From contig OZ024758.1 in assembly GCA_964016885.1 (NCBI GenBank), positions 6,882,001-6,946,000 on the forward strand: 64,000 nucleotides of DNA, written 5' to 3'. The position numbers were made by a program, and so were the translations under genes. How positions within the stretch are numbered: the first letter of the stretch is position 1; each line of letters begins with the position of its first letter. The notes beneath the pieces are model-generated. The model had not been told where the DNA came from and made no database searches. It saw nothing but the letters and a program-made list of their open reading frames with translations. Positions 11,913 to 26,142 of this stretch are shown in pieces. The DNA comes from Eledone cirrhosa (lineage: Eukaryota).

Positions 11913-12119
11913 TATATAATTGTCAAAGTTACCAAATAAAAGACATTCCAATAGTTTGGCTTAACATGTTTGAAAGAAAGACAGAGCAAGGATGAATATG
12001 AATGCTTTGCATTTGTTGAAGAGTTTCAACAGTTAGTTCTTCTCTCAGGCTTGGGTTAGGGAGACTAGGAATAAAATGAAAGCAAGGCTTGCAATATCTT
12101 TTAGTGATCGCTTCGGATT

Positions 12120-12150
12120 TTAACGCCAGCTTGTAAACATGGCGCCACCT
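12120..12150 (+). promoter_or_regulatory. YY1-like motif (AAACATGGCG) ~1.1 kb upstream of the CARMIL ATG
   Basis: gtaAACATGGCGcc matches the AANATGGCG consensus in non-repeat DNA. The ORF from this ATG stops after 15 codons. Confidence 0.3.
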
Positions 12151-12680
12151 AAAAGAACAGACACTCCTTCGTCCAAGTTACAATGAGTTTTGTTAAACTG
12201 TTTATCATAGCTATAGTAGTAATCTACTTTATAGGTATTTCCCTTCATATTCTTTATTTAGAGCATTTACAGTGATGATATTATTGCTTTAAATACTATT
12301 ATTATAAGCAGGAATTCTTTACACTTACATATAAACGTACAAATATATATATATATATATAATGAAAATATATATATAAATGAATGATTATATATATATA
12401 TATAATCATTCATTTACACATATAATCATTCATATACACATAGACATACAAACGCACACACTCACACACATATAATCATTCATATACACATAGACATACA
12501 AACGCACACACACATATAATCATTCATATACACATATAGACGTACAAATGCACACACACACACACACGCATATAATCATTCATATACACATATAGACGTA
12601 CAAACGGGCACACACACATAATTCATATACACATATAGACGTACATACGCACACACATATTCATTCATACACACACAAAT

Positions 12681-12720
<40 letters not shown>

Positions 12721-12856
12721 CATATATAAAACTATATATACTTTTTAATTTTATCTGATGAGTGCGTACCAAAAATTTTGGTACCTTTGAAATATATATG
12801 ATAAAATAAATATGGTTTTATAAACATAGTTTCCATTTATTAATATTATTGATATA

Positions 12857-12925
<69 letters not shown>

Positions 12926-13240
12926 CTATATATATATATATATATTATATACATATATATATATATATAGAGAGAGAGAGCACTATATATATATAGTGAT
13001 AGTGCTCTCTATATATAATCATTCATACAGAGATAAGAACACGGACACAGTTTCCCCCCCCCCTCCCTCTTTTTTTCCTCTAGCCGTCTCACTCTTATTT
13101 CTAAGTTTATCAAGATCGTTCGTCTGTCTCAAGCTGCAGTTAAAGCAGTTTCAAGCACTGGATTTTAAGCAATACAACAAGAGCAGGGGATAAAAAATAA
13201 GAGAAATTATATTTATTCTTTACGAGTTGGCCTAGCTGTT

Positions 13241-13249
13241 ATGGTGTGA
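13241..13249 (+). promoter_or_regulatory. Minimal upstream ORF (ATG GTG TGA) in the presumed CARMIL 5' UTR
   Basis: Seen directly 43 nt upstream of the CARMIL ATG; whether it is in the mRNA depends on the unknown TSS. Confidence 0.4.
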
Positions 13250-13283
13250 AGAGGCCTCAGTGTAAATTACTCCCATTGGAACT

Positions 13284-13317
13284 ATGGCTCGGACAAGCAT
13301 TCCTCAGGACGTTCAAG
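13284..13317 (+). CDS. CARMIL: CARMIL/LRRC16 (capping protein regulator and myosin 1 linker), coding exon 1: MARTSIPQDVQ + G (phase 1)
   Basis: ATG at 13284 in context actATGG; donor AAG|GTAAAC at 13318. The last G joins AA of exon 2 to make Glu. Resembles the CARMIL N-terminus (human CARMIL1 MTEESSDVPRELIE, recalled from memory). Confidence 0.85.
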
Positions 13318-14123
13318 GTAAACCTTATATACACATACATACAAATATATATATATATACATACATACACATATATATATATACACACACATACGTACAA
13401 GTATATATATATACACACATACGTACAAGTATATATATATATACACACATACGTACAAGTATATATATACACACATACATATAAATTTATATAGAAACAC
13501 GCACACAAATATATATATATGTACACACATACGTACAAGTATATATATACACACATACATATAAATTTATATAGAAACACGCACACAAATATATATATAT
13601 ATACACACATACGTACAAGTATATATATACACACATACATATAAATTTATATAGAAACACGCACACAAATATATATATATATTAATACACACACATGTAT
13701 ATATATATATGTGTGTGTGTATGTTTCACACACACATATATAGATATTTATACACACATACCGCCTATGGAATCATCATAGCTACCATCAGACACAATAT
13801 ATGTGTATATATATAGGAACGAGTAGGACCCCAATATATATATATGTGTGTATGTATGTTTCACACACACACACCCCTAAAACGAATATTGTAAAAAAAA
13901 TACTTTCATTTTGTTTTTGAAATTTTCTATTGTACTTTTTATTGTAATTATTAACCTTATTTGAAGTATTTTATTTTACACTCGTTCTACTTGAATTATT
14001 TTACTATTTCTCTTTCTAATTCTCTAGAAGAAAAAAACCGAACATTACTGCTATAAACAGACAAACAATTACTCATCTGTCAGTCTATGTATGTTTCTCT
14101 AACACACACACACATATACATAC

Positions 14124-14164
<41 letters not shown>

Positions 14165-14358
14165 CGTAGATATATATATTGGAACTCTTCTAACCATCTT
14201 TTAATTTCTTCTTTATTATATATATATTCCAGTTCTACCAACTGTTGAGTGCTACTTATCTGATATATGCATAGTTTTATTGTTCTACAACATTACTCAC
14301 CTACATATAAGTATATATATATAGACACACATACGTACATATATATACACACATAGAC

Positions 14359-14391
<33 letters not shown>

Positions 14392-15699
14392 GACATATAT
14401 ATATATATAGACATACACACATTAACACATATATATATATATATATATAGACATACACACACATTTGATTTTGCCTTTCATCCTTACGGGGGTCGATAAA
14501 ATAAAGTACCAGTAATGCACTGGATAATTGCTGGCCTTGTGCCTAATGTAGAAACAATTATATATATATATATACATACACATACACATACAAACGCACA
14601 CAAACACACACAAACACACAGACACACAACTGCATTTATCCGATTCCATGTGCGGATCAATTTTATTATTTTTATTTTTTATTTATAGATATTGTTCGTT
14701 CACATGTATCTTAGTCATTGCAGAGTGTTTAGAAGTTAAAGTGCTTTGTAAGAGAGGGCGGGTTTCTGTATATTTCAACCAGGAATAGGAACTGGATCGT
14801 GGATAATGGTTCGTTGAAAGCTTACGACCACACCATAATATTAACACAAATAAATAAATAAATATATATATATATATATATTCATTCCTTGTTGGAACTG
14901 TTGCTTTTCTTTAATGTCAATAATATCGACGGAGGAAAACATTGTTGTTATATTTCAGTATTATAGAAAATGTGAGCCGCACACCACTTTGTTAAAATAC
15001 CCAGTTGGTAACTTTAATCGTATGGGTATATAATATACCTACAATGTTATTTCGTAAGATTAAATTACCGACTTAATCTACTATCTACCTAGCCACCCAT
15101 ACCAGCATTTAAGAGAATTTATTTCACGTGTGTTCATATAGTTTAACTAACTACCCCTATGTATCTGCCACACACAACGTCTCTGCTTCTTAGTATGTCT
15201 GCCTGTCATCCTACTTACACTTCTTGTACACCCACACTTTACTTTGGGTACACTGTACAGACTTCCTACCAATCCCTTTTCTCAATATCGAGCACAGCCA
15301 TTTCTCTGACGGTATCAGTATTTAGTCTTCTAGTTTTGTGTCTATATCTGGGTTTTATTTTGAAAATTTTCTACAGATTCAACTAGAAGTATTATTTCAT
15401 CACTATACACGAATCCCCCACGAGTAGCCAGTCTTAAACATCTCTGTTATAGATTGGAGAACTATAATAAACAGGAAAGGGCTGAAAAGCACACCGAATA
15501 CCTCATTAAACTCCATCCTAACTTGCACTTTGATGATGACATTTCTGTATAAAGCTTGACAACCAGATTACAGGCTTTTCCAAATCAACGAATGCTGGAT
15601 TGTTTTTAGTTAGTCTAAGAACGAGCATCAGTGGTATCATGCTTTGGTGAAAATTCAAACTGCATCTCATCTGCTTTAATTCTATTTCTGATCAATTTC

Positions 15700-17400
15700 G
15701 CTATAATTCTTTCTGTAACTTTTATAACCTCGTTTGGTAATTTCATGCCTCTTTAGTCTCGTCCTAGTTAACACATCACTTTTGCTTTTATAACAGTTGA
15801 CAATACTACTGCTGTAGATATAACACCTTCCTGTATTACCTGACTGACTATGCAAGTCCCCAACTTCGCCAGATGTTTTAGGCATCCTCAGCAATTATTC
15901 CTGATTGACCGGCCAGCTGCCTTCTCTGTCTTTATAGCCATAATTACTCTATTAACTGTACTGCTGTCAACTTAGATAGCTGGCCCCTCTGTTGAGTCTA
16001 TTTAGGGTAAACCCTCTCTCTTTTCTATGCATTCTTCACATTCCACAGCTTCAAATAACAGCATTTCTGTTTCTTTTTTGTTGACCTCAGTAAGGGCAAG
16101 TGTGCTGCTAATATTCCATACTCAAACATATCTGTAGCCCTCAAGTTGCAGAACGTGTGTAAACCTCTTTCTGCCTCTCTCCATGGAAGGTATACCTGAC
16201 CCCTAACTACCATTCTAGGTACTTGATGTTCTTTTGTCATGTCTTGCAGTATTTTCAAACCTACCTCCCAGCTTTTACAGATCTATCTACACAGCATTAT
16301 TTCATCAGTCCCGCCGAGGTTAACTTTGCCTTTCATCCTTACGGGGTCGATAAAATAAAGTACCAGTAATGTACTGGGTAATTGCTGGCCTTGTGCCTAA
16401 AGTAGAAACAATTATTTCATCAGTCCCTTTATGATCTGAGTTCAAATCCCGCCGAGGTTAACTTTGCCTTTCATCCTTACGGGGTCGATAAAATAAAGTA
16501 CCAGCAATATACTGGGATAATTGCTGGCCTTGTGCCAAAAGTAGAAACAATTATTTCATCAGCATGTCACCATTTGGCTGGATTCTTGCACAAATTAGAG
16601 ATGTGGTCTGTAACTTTCAACAGGTTGTCCCATTGAAACTTCTAGTTGTTCTCATCTTCCCTGTTATCATAAGCAACACCTAGAACTTCTCTATTCTCTC
16701 CTCATTCCTTGTACCATACCATAACTTCCATGTACACCAGAGAAGTCTTTATAGTGTTGCCCAACATGTCTGTTAAAATCATCAGGTTGTTATTAACTAT
16801 TGAGGTAGTATGCAAAAGGTTCTCATAAAACCAGTCCATCTGCTAATCCTGATTGTGGTGCATATGCAGTACTGTCTATTGTGTTGTTTATAACATGCAG
16901 AAGTTTAAATATCCTACATTGAGTACCTCAATCACTTTAATCCTCCAGCATTCACATTACTCTATATATACTATTATATTTTCACAGTAAAGGCTTTATC
17001 TCGCATAATATTGAATTTATAAGATTTTATTATTTATTTTGAGAACAATACCTTAATATCAGTATGAGTGGCCGGTTACAGGCAGTTTGAACAGAAAAAG
17101 GTGGGAGAATTCTGGCCGGATATGGCCAGTTTAAATGCTAAAGGGTTAACCACTCACCTGCCAACAATATACTTACTGTATCCACACCATTGCTATTAAC
17201 CACCAGAATATGTACCTTGCTCCTTACCTGTGATGTCTGGCAGAGAATTCTTTCTATTATACATCTCTACATTACACATATCTACTTCCCTTTACTCGAG
17301 TATCTCCAGAGTTTTACCTGGCCTACCTTCCACCTTGCTTATGTTGGTGGTGCAGCCCTAAAGTTTTTGACATCATTATAAAAACAGGATTTCTGGTAGA
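15700..17400 (-). pseudogene. Decayed RTE-clade LINE endonuclease region (similar remnants ~21140-21830 and ~23040-24130)
   Basis: Minus-strand AYAPQSGL-type AP-endonuclease motif at ~16845-16870; heavily frameshifted and interrupted by a SINE and a MITE. Boundaries are approximate. Confidence 0.55.
16308..16552 (+). mobile_element. Two 5'-truncated SINE family 1 copies separated by a repeated attatttcatcag
   Basis: attatttcatcag occurs before, between and after the copies, as expected for a TSD-like repeat. Confidence 0.8.
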
Positions 17401-17409
17401 GCTTCTTAT

Positions 17410-19313
17410 GATTGGTGACTGTCTTCTCTACCTGGAAGAGATGAGAATGTAAGGATTGGTGACTGTCTTCTCTACCTGGAAGAGATGAGAATGTAAGGAT
17501 TGGTGACTGTCTTCTCTACCTGGAAGAGATGAGAATGTAAGGATTGGTGACTGTCTTCTCTACCTGGAAGAGATGAGAATGTAAGGATTGGTGACTGTCT
17601 TCTCTACCTGGAAGAGATGAGAATGTAAGGATTGGTGACTGTCTTCTCTACCTGGAAGAGATGAGAATGTAAGGATTGGTGACTGTCTTCTCTACCTGGA
17701 AGAGATGAGAATGTAAGGATTGGTGACTGTCTTCTCTACCTGGAAGAGATGAGAATGTAAGGATTGGTGACTGTCTTCTCTACCTGGAAGAGATGAGAAT
17801 GTAAGGATTGGTGACTGTCTTCTCTACCTGGAAGAGATGAGAATGTAAGGATTGGTGACTGTCTTCTCTACCTGGAAGAGATGAGAATGTAAGGATTGGT
17901 GACTGTCTTCTCTACCTGGAAGAGATGAGAATGTAAGGATTGGTGACTGTCTTCTCTACCTGGAAGAGATGAGAATGTAAGGATTGGTGACTGTCTTCTC
18001 TACCTGGAAGAGATGAGAATGTAAGGATTGGTGACTGTCTTCTCTACCTGGAAGAGATGAGAATGTAAGGATTGGTGACTGTCTTCTCTACCTGGAAGAG
18101 ATGAGAATGTAAGGATTGGTGACTGTCTTCTCTACCTGGAAGAGATGAGAATGTAAGGATTGGTGACTGTCTTCTCTACCTGGAAGAGATGAGAATGTAA
18201 GGATTGGTGACTGTCTTCTCTACCTGGAAGAGATGAGAATGTAAGGATTGGTGACTGTCTTCTCTACCTGGAAGAGATGAGAATGTAAGGATTGGTGACT
18301 GTCTTCTCTACCTGGAAGAGATGAGAATGTAAGGATTGGTGACTGTCTTCTCTACCTGGAAGAGATGAGAATGTAAGGATTGGTGACTGTCTTCTCTACC
18401 TGGAAGAGATGAGAATGTAAGGATTGGTGACTGTCTTCTCTACCTGGAAGAGATGAGAATGTAAGGATTGGTGACTGTCTTCTCTACCTGGAAGAGATGA
18501 GAATGTAAGGATTGGTGACTGTCTTCTCTACCTGGAAGAGATGAGAATGTAAGGATTGGTGACTGTCTTCTCTACCTGGAAGAGATGAGAATGTAAGGAT
18601 TGGTGACTGTCTTCTCTACCTGGAAGAGATGAGAATGTAAGGATTGGTGACTGTCTTCTCTACCTGGAAGAGATGAGAATGTAAGGATTGGTGACTGTCT
18701 TCTCTACCTGGAAGAGATGAGAATGTAAGGATTGGTGACTGTCTTCTCTACCTGGAAGAGATGAGAATGTAAGGATTGGTGACTGTCTTCTCTACCTGGA
18801 AGAGATGAGAATGTAAGGATTGGTGACTGTCTTCTCTACCTGGAAGAGATGAGAATGTAAGGATTGGTGACTGTCTTCTCTACCTGGAAGAGATGAGAAT
18901 GTAAGGATTGGTGACTGTCTTCTCTACCTGGAAGAGATGAGAATGTAAGGATTGGTGACTGTCTTCTCTACCTGGAAGAGATGAGAATGTAAGGATTGGT
19001 GACTGTCTTCTCTACCTGGAAGAGATGAGAATGTAAGGATTGGTGACTGTCTTCTCTACCTGGAAGAGATGAGAATGTAAGGATTGGTGACTGTCTTCTC
19101 TACCTGGAAGAGATGAGAATGTAAGGATTGGTGACTGTCTTCTCTACCTGGAAGAGATGAGAATGTAAGGATTGGTGACTGTCTTCTCTACCTGGAAGAG
19201 ATGAGAATGTAAGGATTGGTGACTGTCTTCTCTACCTGGAAGAGATGAGAATGTAAGGATTGGTGACTGTCTTCTCTACCTGGAAGAGATGAGAATGTAA
19301 GGATTGGTGACTG
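17410..19313. repeat. 44-bp minisatellite, ~43 apparently identical copies
   Basis: Unit gattggtgactgtcttctctacctggaagagatgagaatgtaag, no spacers. Confidence 0.97.
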
Positions 19314-19869
19314 GAATTGATGTTCACATGTTTGTACCTATTATTTGGTTTGTCATTTACCAGTGATTAACCAAGGGCAATTATTATTAACATAAAAATA
19401 ATTACATTGAGTGACTGGAGGGTTAGGCATTGTTAGAGACCATAGACAAGGGTTGGCTGAGAAGTTCGTAGGCTGATCAAGATACTCTCATGGAATGACC
19501 AAATGAAGTTTATTTTTCAACATAGTCCCTGGGAAGAAACAATGCAGTTATTAAGGAAAGTTGAAATTAATGCATGTAAGATTTCACAGCTCTAGCATCC
19601 CTCCTTCATTGTCAGCCTAGACTCATGTATGTACGCACACGCATACATGAGTCGACTGAAAAGTTCATAGGCTGACCAAGATACTCTCATGGAATGACCA
19701 AATGAGGTTTATTTTTCAACATAGTCCTTGGAAAGAAACAATGCAGTTATTAATAAGGAAAGTTGAAATTAAAGCATGCAAGATTTCGCAGCCCTAGCAT
19801 CACTCCTTCATAAACAGCTTATGAACTTTTTAGCTGACCTTCATATTATAGGAAATTGCGATGTTGTTG

Positions 19870-20535
19870 GGTAACAGTGCTTTTGAAAGAATGAGGCATA
19901 AAGGTGCTGTTACAAAAAATTGTTGAATGAATTAAATGAATCAGGGGAGAGAGAGAGTGCCTACTTCAAATAGATCCAACTGAGGGACCAGCCATCAAAG
20001 TTGACAGCAGTTTAATAGTTGAAGGTAGAGAAGGTAGCTGGACTGTCCGATATAATTGCCCAGATGCTAAAAATATTCAGCATAATAGGTTATGTGCTAG
20101 TCACATACAATCAATGAAATAGCAGAGGATGGTGTCATACCTAATGACTGGTGCAGTAGTATCGTTGTGAACTACTACAAGGGCAAAGGAGATGTACGAG
20201 AGAGGCTTGAGAGAGATGGACCAAGTCATGAAAGTTGAGTTATATGGAAACTCAGGATAGAAATAAGTTAGATAAGATACAGTTTAACTTTATGCCAGGA
20301 AGAAATAATAGTGATGCTCTCTTCCTAGTGAGAAGTACTTAGTTAAGAGTATTCCTCTGTATATAGCATTTAGATAGAGAAGGGCCTTCTATTGAATTCC
20401 AACCTAGATGCTAAATTCAGCCCTGTCCTCATTGCCAACTCTCTCCTTACTGGATACACCTGTCTACATGGCTTGCACACCCCTAACATTTAGCTTCTTT
20501 AGCATACACAGATTATAGAGCGAGAAACCCTTCTC
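19870..20535 (+). pseudogene. Decayed RTE-clade LINE reverse transcriptase fragment, last ~140 bp inverted
   Basis: IPNDWCSSIVVNYYKGKGD...DQVMKV...QFNFMPGRNNSDAL motifs on +; the continuation ...VQAM...VSSKERVGNE...EFSI.VG is on -. Confidence 0.7.
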
Positions 20536-20861
20536 CATTCTGTCCGCTGGGGCCATGGGGCGGCCAGCACGTGGGAACCCTCATAATAGAGAGAGATGGA
20601 GGCGATGACAGTTAGAGCTCAACACTTTTGTGTTTGGACCTAGTGTGCAGCATCGGTTGTCTGTAAGATGGTAGTGATTCATCTACTATTATCTAGGGAG
20701 TATCATATTTTATAATTTGATGTTGTTTGTGACACACACCACTAGCTATTTAGAGCAGTCAACTAATGTCCCAAACATCCGCAAATCTCCGTCCACCGAC
20801 TGACAGATCGTCAAACATACACTTGGTGCACTCCATGAAGTGGTTGACTTTCAACCTGTAA

Positions 20862-21052
20862 TAATTGTTTCTATTTTTGGCACAAGGCCAGCAATTATCC
20901 CAGTGCATTACTGGTACTTTATTTTATCGATCCGGTAAGGATGAAAGGCAAAGGTAACCTCTGCGGGATTTGAACTCAGAATGGCAAGGGCCGTAAGTCT
21001 GCTGCGAAGCATGGCATCTGACCCTCTACCGATACTGCCAATCCACCGCCCT
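20862..21052 (-). mobile_element. Full-length SINE family 1
   Basis: Complete head to tail; flanks tttcaacctgt / tttcaatctgt are TSD-like. Confidence 0.85.
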
Positions 21053-22150
21053 TTTTCAATCTGTCCAGTGACATTTTGAATTTTATTGTATCTGTTTTTG
21101 TGTACTGGTGTAATTTTGGTATGATATTAAATAGAGCAGGACCAGTTGTGGTGAAATATTTGTGCTCATTTTTCCCCTACCATGCAATATCATATGTGGT
21201 ACACGGGCATCAATCAACCTGACCTTCACTTAGAGCGAGAATACTTTTGTTGTCAACAGAGGTAAACTTTTCACTTCTTCCACTAACATTATACTTTTGG
21301 CACACCCATCTACACTGCTGATTAAGTCACCTTGGCAACAGTTGATAGGCGATCAAGTGTCTGGTTGGTTTCCTGCAGTTTGTGTTGCAAATAGTTAGGT
21401 CATTTGTATCACTGAATTCTAGAAGCCTTGATCCCTCATCATTTCTTGAGCCATAGCCAATATGTACTCTAAAGTAGCCATCTTGGTGTTGACTAGTGTG
21501 ATCATTGAAGTCACTGTCAGCTGTTGTAGAGGTTCTCTATGACCTCATAGAAATGGTCTTTTTGTTCTCTACTTAGTCCTGATTGTGGTCCATTCATAGA
21601 GATAGCCATTGTTATTCTATTGTCTATGACCATTCTAAGCTTGATAATCCTCTCATTTGCTCTAACTACTTCAATTATGTTATCTACCTACATTTCAGTT
21701 AGTAGAATTCTTACTCCACCAACTTCATCATTTCCTACCCAGAAGAGCTTATATTTATGCTGCTTGTCTGCGAAGAGTCTGGCTAAGATTCCCCTTCATC
21801 TTATATCTTTAGCACAGCACACACATACTCCTCAACAATGTTCTGTAAAGTTGTTGGATGTGTCATGTGACTAGGAGGGATTCTGAGAGATCCCGCTGTC
21901 ACCCAGTTTCTGTAAAGTTCCTGGATATGTCATGTGACTAGAAAGGACTCTGAGAGATCCTGTTGTCACTCAGAGGTTGTGTAAAGTTGCCAGCTCAATG
22001 AAATTTGTTTGGCTGCTGAGTAAATCAGTGGATGGAAGTTGTCATTGTTGATACGCCACAAATGTAGTTAAACATTCTTCAGGAGAGATGTGCTACAACT
22101 TAAAAGGTTCTAAATATACTTCTTCCTCTTCCTTTCTTCTATCTATTTCT

Positions 22151-22483
22151 CATCTGTACTGTGTAGTTCATCTGTACACTGTGTAGTTCATCTGTACACT
22201 GTGTAGTTCATATGTACACTGTGTAGTTCATATGTACACTGTGTAGTTCATATGTACACTGTGTAGTTCATATGTACACTGTGTAGTTCATATGTACACT
22301 GTGTAGTTCATCTGTACACTGTGTAGTTCATCTGTACACTGTGTAGTTCATCTGTACACTGTGTAGTTCATCTGTACACTGTGTAGTTCATCTGTACACT
22401 GTGTAGTTCATCTGTACACTGTAGTTCATCTGTACACTGTGTAGTTCATCTGTACACTGTAGTTCATCTGTACACTGTGTAGT
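22151..22483. repeat. 20-bp minisatellite, ~16 copies
   Basis: Unit tgtgtagttcat(c/a)tgtacac. Confidence 0.95.
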
Positions 22484-25039
22484 GTGATAAGACTATATTT
22501 TGAACTTAAATTTGTAAATGTTTATTTCTAGAATCAAGCACAGTAAAATAGTTGTAACTTCTAAGCAAACTATTCTGTAATTCAGTTTTAGACCATGGGT
22601 GTGCCATTTTACTTAACTCTTAACATCTTGTAATGATTAAGTAGAAAATATCTATAAATGGGATTATTTCAAATGTTTATAGTATCTTTCCTGGTAACCA
22701 AATCGTGAAAATTTGCAGTATTAAACTAAAAACTTAAATCTTTAATGGGAGCAATTTAACAGCTGGTGTTTTGTATTCTTCAAGAATGTTTTGCTAATGC
22801 AACTTCATTTGGTAGAGAATTTAAAATCTGTTTTAAGCCCAGAGGCTGGTCAGGCCAGTGCCTATTCTGGTTTCTGTGGCGTTAAGTGACTGAGAGTACC
22901 CCCCCCCCCCCGTCTACCACAGGGTTAAACCCCCAGCTATTGCTGGTACTCATTCTCAGCTGAGTATACTGGAGCAACGTGAAATGGAGTGTTTTGCGCA
23001 AGAAAGAACACAACATACAACTCGCTCCAGGAATTGAAGGTTTTCTTCAACCCAACACATTGCTGCAGTCTTTTGTCATCTCTTTCAGGAGATTCATTAT
23101 CCTGAGATCAGCCTTTATCACTTTTTTCCATGTCTTTCTCTGTCACAGGTTCTTACCTCTTGAATCACTTGTTACTTTTAAACCCAACTATTATCTCCAT
23201 ACATATCACATCTCTGCATGCATCAGCACTGTCTCTTTTCTTATATACTACAACCAATTCCCTCTTATTCCCAGTTTTTTCTCTCTGCTCTTCATTGTCA
23301 TTCATTCATATTAGCATCAATATCTAGCAGACTACTCTCACCTCATATCATTCCAGCCTTTGAACATCCTTCACATTCGGTGCCTACCTTTCCCTCCATG
23401 CAATATTATACTTTGTACACATGCATTATTCAACTTACTCTTTATTTAGAGCAAGAATACTTTTGCTGATAACAGAGGCAAACGTTTTCTACTCCATTTT
23501 TACTCTGAACATTATGTATTTGGAACAGCAACATATACTCCCAATTAAGCCACCTTGGTAACAGAAGCTGTGAGCTACTTTTAGTGAACCTTTCAAGTGT
23601 TTGAGGAAATTCATTTCATAGATGCCCTTACTGCTGAACACCTGTCTGCATGTTAAATTCCTCATTGAAATAAAGCTAATCCACCTTACTGACAGCATCT
23701 CTGTACTTATCTTGTATGGTTCACATTCAGCTACGCCTAGACTTCTTAGTGTCTTTCAGACTACAGAACGTGATATCCTATAAAAACAAATTTAAAAAAA
23801 ACCTTCTATACATCAGTGAATGCTAGGAAGAGAGCATTGATGATATTCCATTGTTATATAAACCTCAGTTGCCTTTCATCTTAGCTGATTTTCTTTCTAA
23901 TTAGTTGCTCTTTAACTCTTTCTGTTACTTGTATAAATTTGTCCAACTAATGCCTCTGTAGTTGCTTCTTTTCAGAGCATCTGTTTACTTTTGTAGCAGT
24001 TGATGATGATACTTCTATACCAGTAATTGACTACGGCATCTCTCTGACAATATGGCTAGTATATATGGCTAGTATATGTCCTTTATTAGCAATGTTCAGC
24101 ATCTCAGTGACTTTGCTTGATGATCCAGCTGCTTTAACCCTTTAGCATTTAATCTGGCCGTAGCCAGTCAAAATTCTCTCCCCCTTTTCTGTTCAAACCG
24201 GCCATAACCAGTCACTCGTATCGATGTTAACCCTTTAGCATTTAAACCGGCCATATCCAGCCAGAATTCTCTCGCCTCTTTCTGTTCACACCGGCTGTAA
24301 CCAGCCGCTCGTACTCGTGTTAAGGTATTGTTCTCAAAATAAATATCAAAATTTCATAGAGTTATGTGAGATAATTATGTGAGGTCAAGCCTTTATTGTG
24401 AAAATACGATAGTGTATGTAGAGTAAAGGTGAAGATATCATTCTCAAAATAAATAACATTGTCAACATCTAGATTTGAGATTGTGATATAAATCCTTTAT
24501 CATAAAAATACAGTAGTAAATCTAGAGTAATATAAAGGCTAAAGGGTTAATATTCAATGGCTGTTTCAACAATATAGCTGTCAACTTCAATATCTGATCC
24601 CTCTGTTGGGGATACTAAAGAGTAGTCCCTCTCTCTCTTATGTATTCCTCTCATTCAGTAGCCTCCTAATTTTATAAATTGCCTGCTGGGTATGAGTCAC
24701 TTTATAATTTGATTACATAATGATTATGGTAGAAGGTTTATAATTAAATGGTTTGTTTTCTTAGTCTAACTATAGCCTGCTAGATACACAGCCAAATCTA
24801 ACAATGAATGATTTTATTTCTTTAAGCAAAATTCATCATTCACCCCATTTTACTTTAGTTGTCTTAGATTTCTCAGTTTAACCCTTTCAATGCCAGCCTG
24901 CCTGGTTCTGTGATACAAGTTAGTTTAATAAATTCCTCCAAATTTTATATTATTTTCAAAAGTACCATATATATATATGGAGTATGCTGAGATGCAACCG
25001 GTACTGGCATTGATAAATATGGTGGGTCCGTCAACTCCT

Positions 25040-25073
<34 letters not shown>

Positions 25074-26142
25074 TCAAATATAAGCTGAATAATGCCCCCC
25101 CCCCCCCCCCAAAAAAAAAATCGATGGTAGGAAGTGGGGGGATTATATTTGGGGTTAATATTTTGAAGATTTTCACCAGCTTCAAATTGTATGTAAATAA
25201 GGTTTAGATTTTTGCTCATTTCTTTAACATAGAATAGTGGGGTTGGCTTATATTTGAATATATATTATAATTAAAGCACATTTACAGTGTAATTTCATTA
25301 GAAATATGGTTAAAAAAAAACAGTTAACAGAGTTTGTACCATTGTCCAGTTTTAATAGACTTGCTTCAACAGTATATCAAATGTATACAGTTGATTCTGC
25401 TAAATAAAATATCGTCTGTGAATGAATTTGTTATACAATGAACTAAATTCCCATAGTAGGCTATAAATTACGAGATTGTAAAGGATAAGATATTGTGGTT
25501 TAAAGCTTGTATGGATTATATGATAAAATAAATATAAAGCTTTACTTTTTTTTTGGCATTTATGTATTTGTTCTGCAAGATTCTTGATGTGAAATCGTGT
25601 GTTGAAACCAATATTGTTATCTTTGATGATGGTAATGTTAGCAATATTGCCAGTAGAAAGAAACACATACACCATATAATTTTCATTTTATCTTTATTGT
25701 TCATTCATCATTCGTTTGTCATGTATTCTGTGACCACCTCAATGACTGTTTTGTGCCCCCTTATGTTTTCTGGTCTTAAATTTCTACTCCATCTTGGTTT
25801 TATTATGTGGTGCAATTTTTTGTGTTTCATGTCTGCACATGTTTGCGCTTCCCTCTCTCTCTCTCTTCCTGTGTGGTGTGATGTGTGTGGTGTGGTGTGA
25901 TGTGTGTGGTGTGTGTGTGGTGTGTGTGGTGTGTGTGATGTGTGTGTGTGTGTTTCAACATGACCATCTCCAAATATAACATTTTCTTTTGTTTCCTTTA
26001 ACCCTCTCAATATAAATCCACCAGAGACTTCCTTGGTTTTATAATACAAAACCTCTCATTTCAAAGTGTCCACCATTAAATTAAAACATTCCATCATAAT
26101 TTTATGTATGAACTTTTTGTTATGTTCTAAATTCCAGCTTAA

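Noticed and set aside
12139-12186. ATG GCG CCA CCT AAA... (MAPPKRTDTPSSKLQ*) as the CARMIL start
   Set aside because: Stops after 15 codons without a good donor; the 13284 exon fits phase and homology.
17410-19313. CRISPR-like array (also 38926-40455 and 3978-4785)
   Set aside because: Head-to-tail identical units with no unique spacers, no cas genes, and a eukaryotic intron context.
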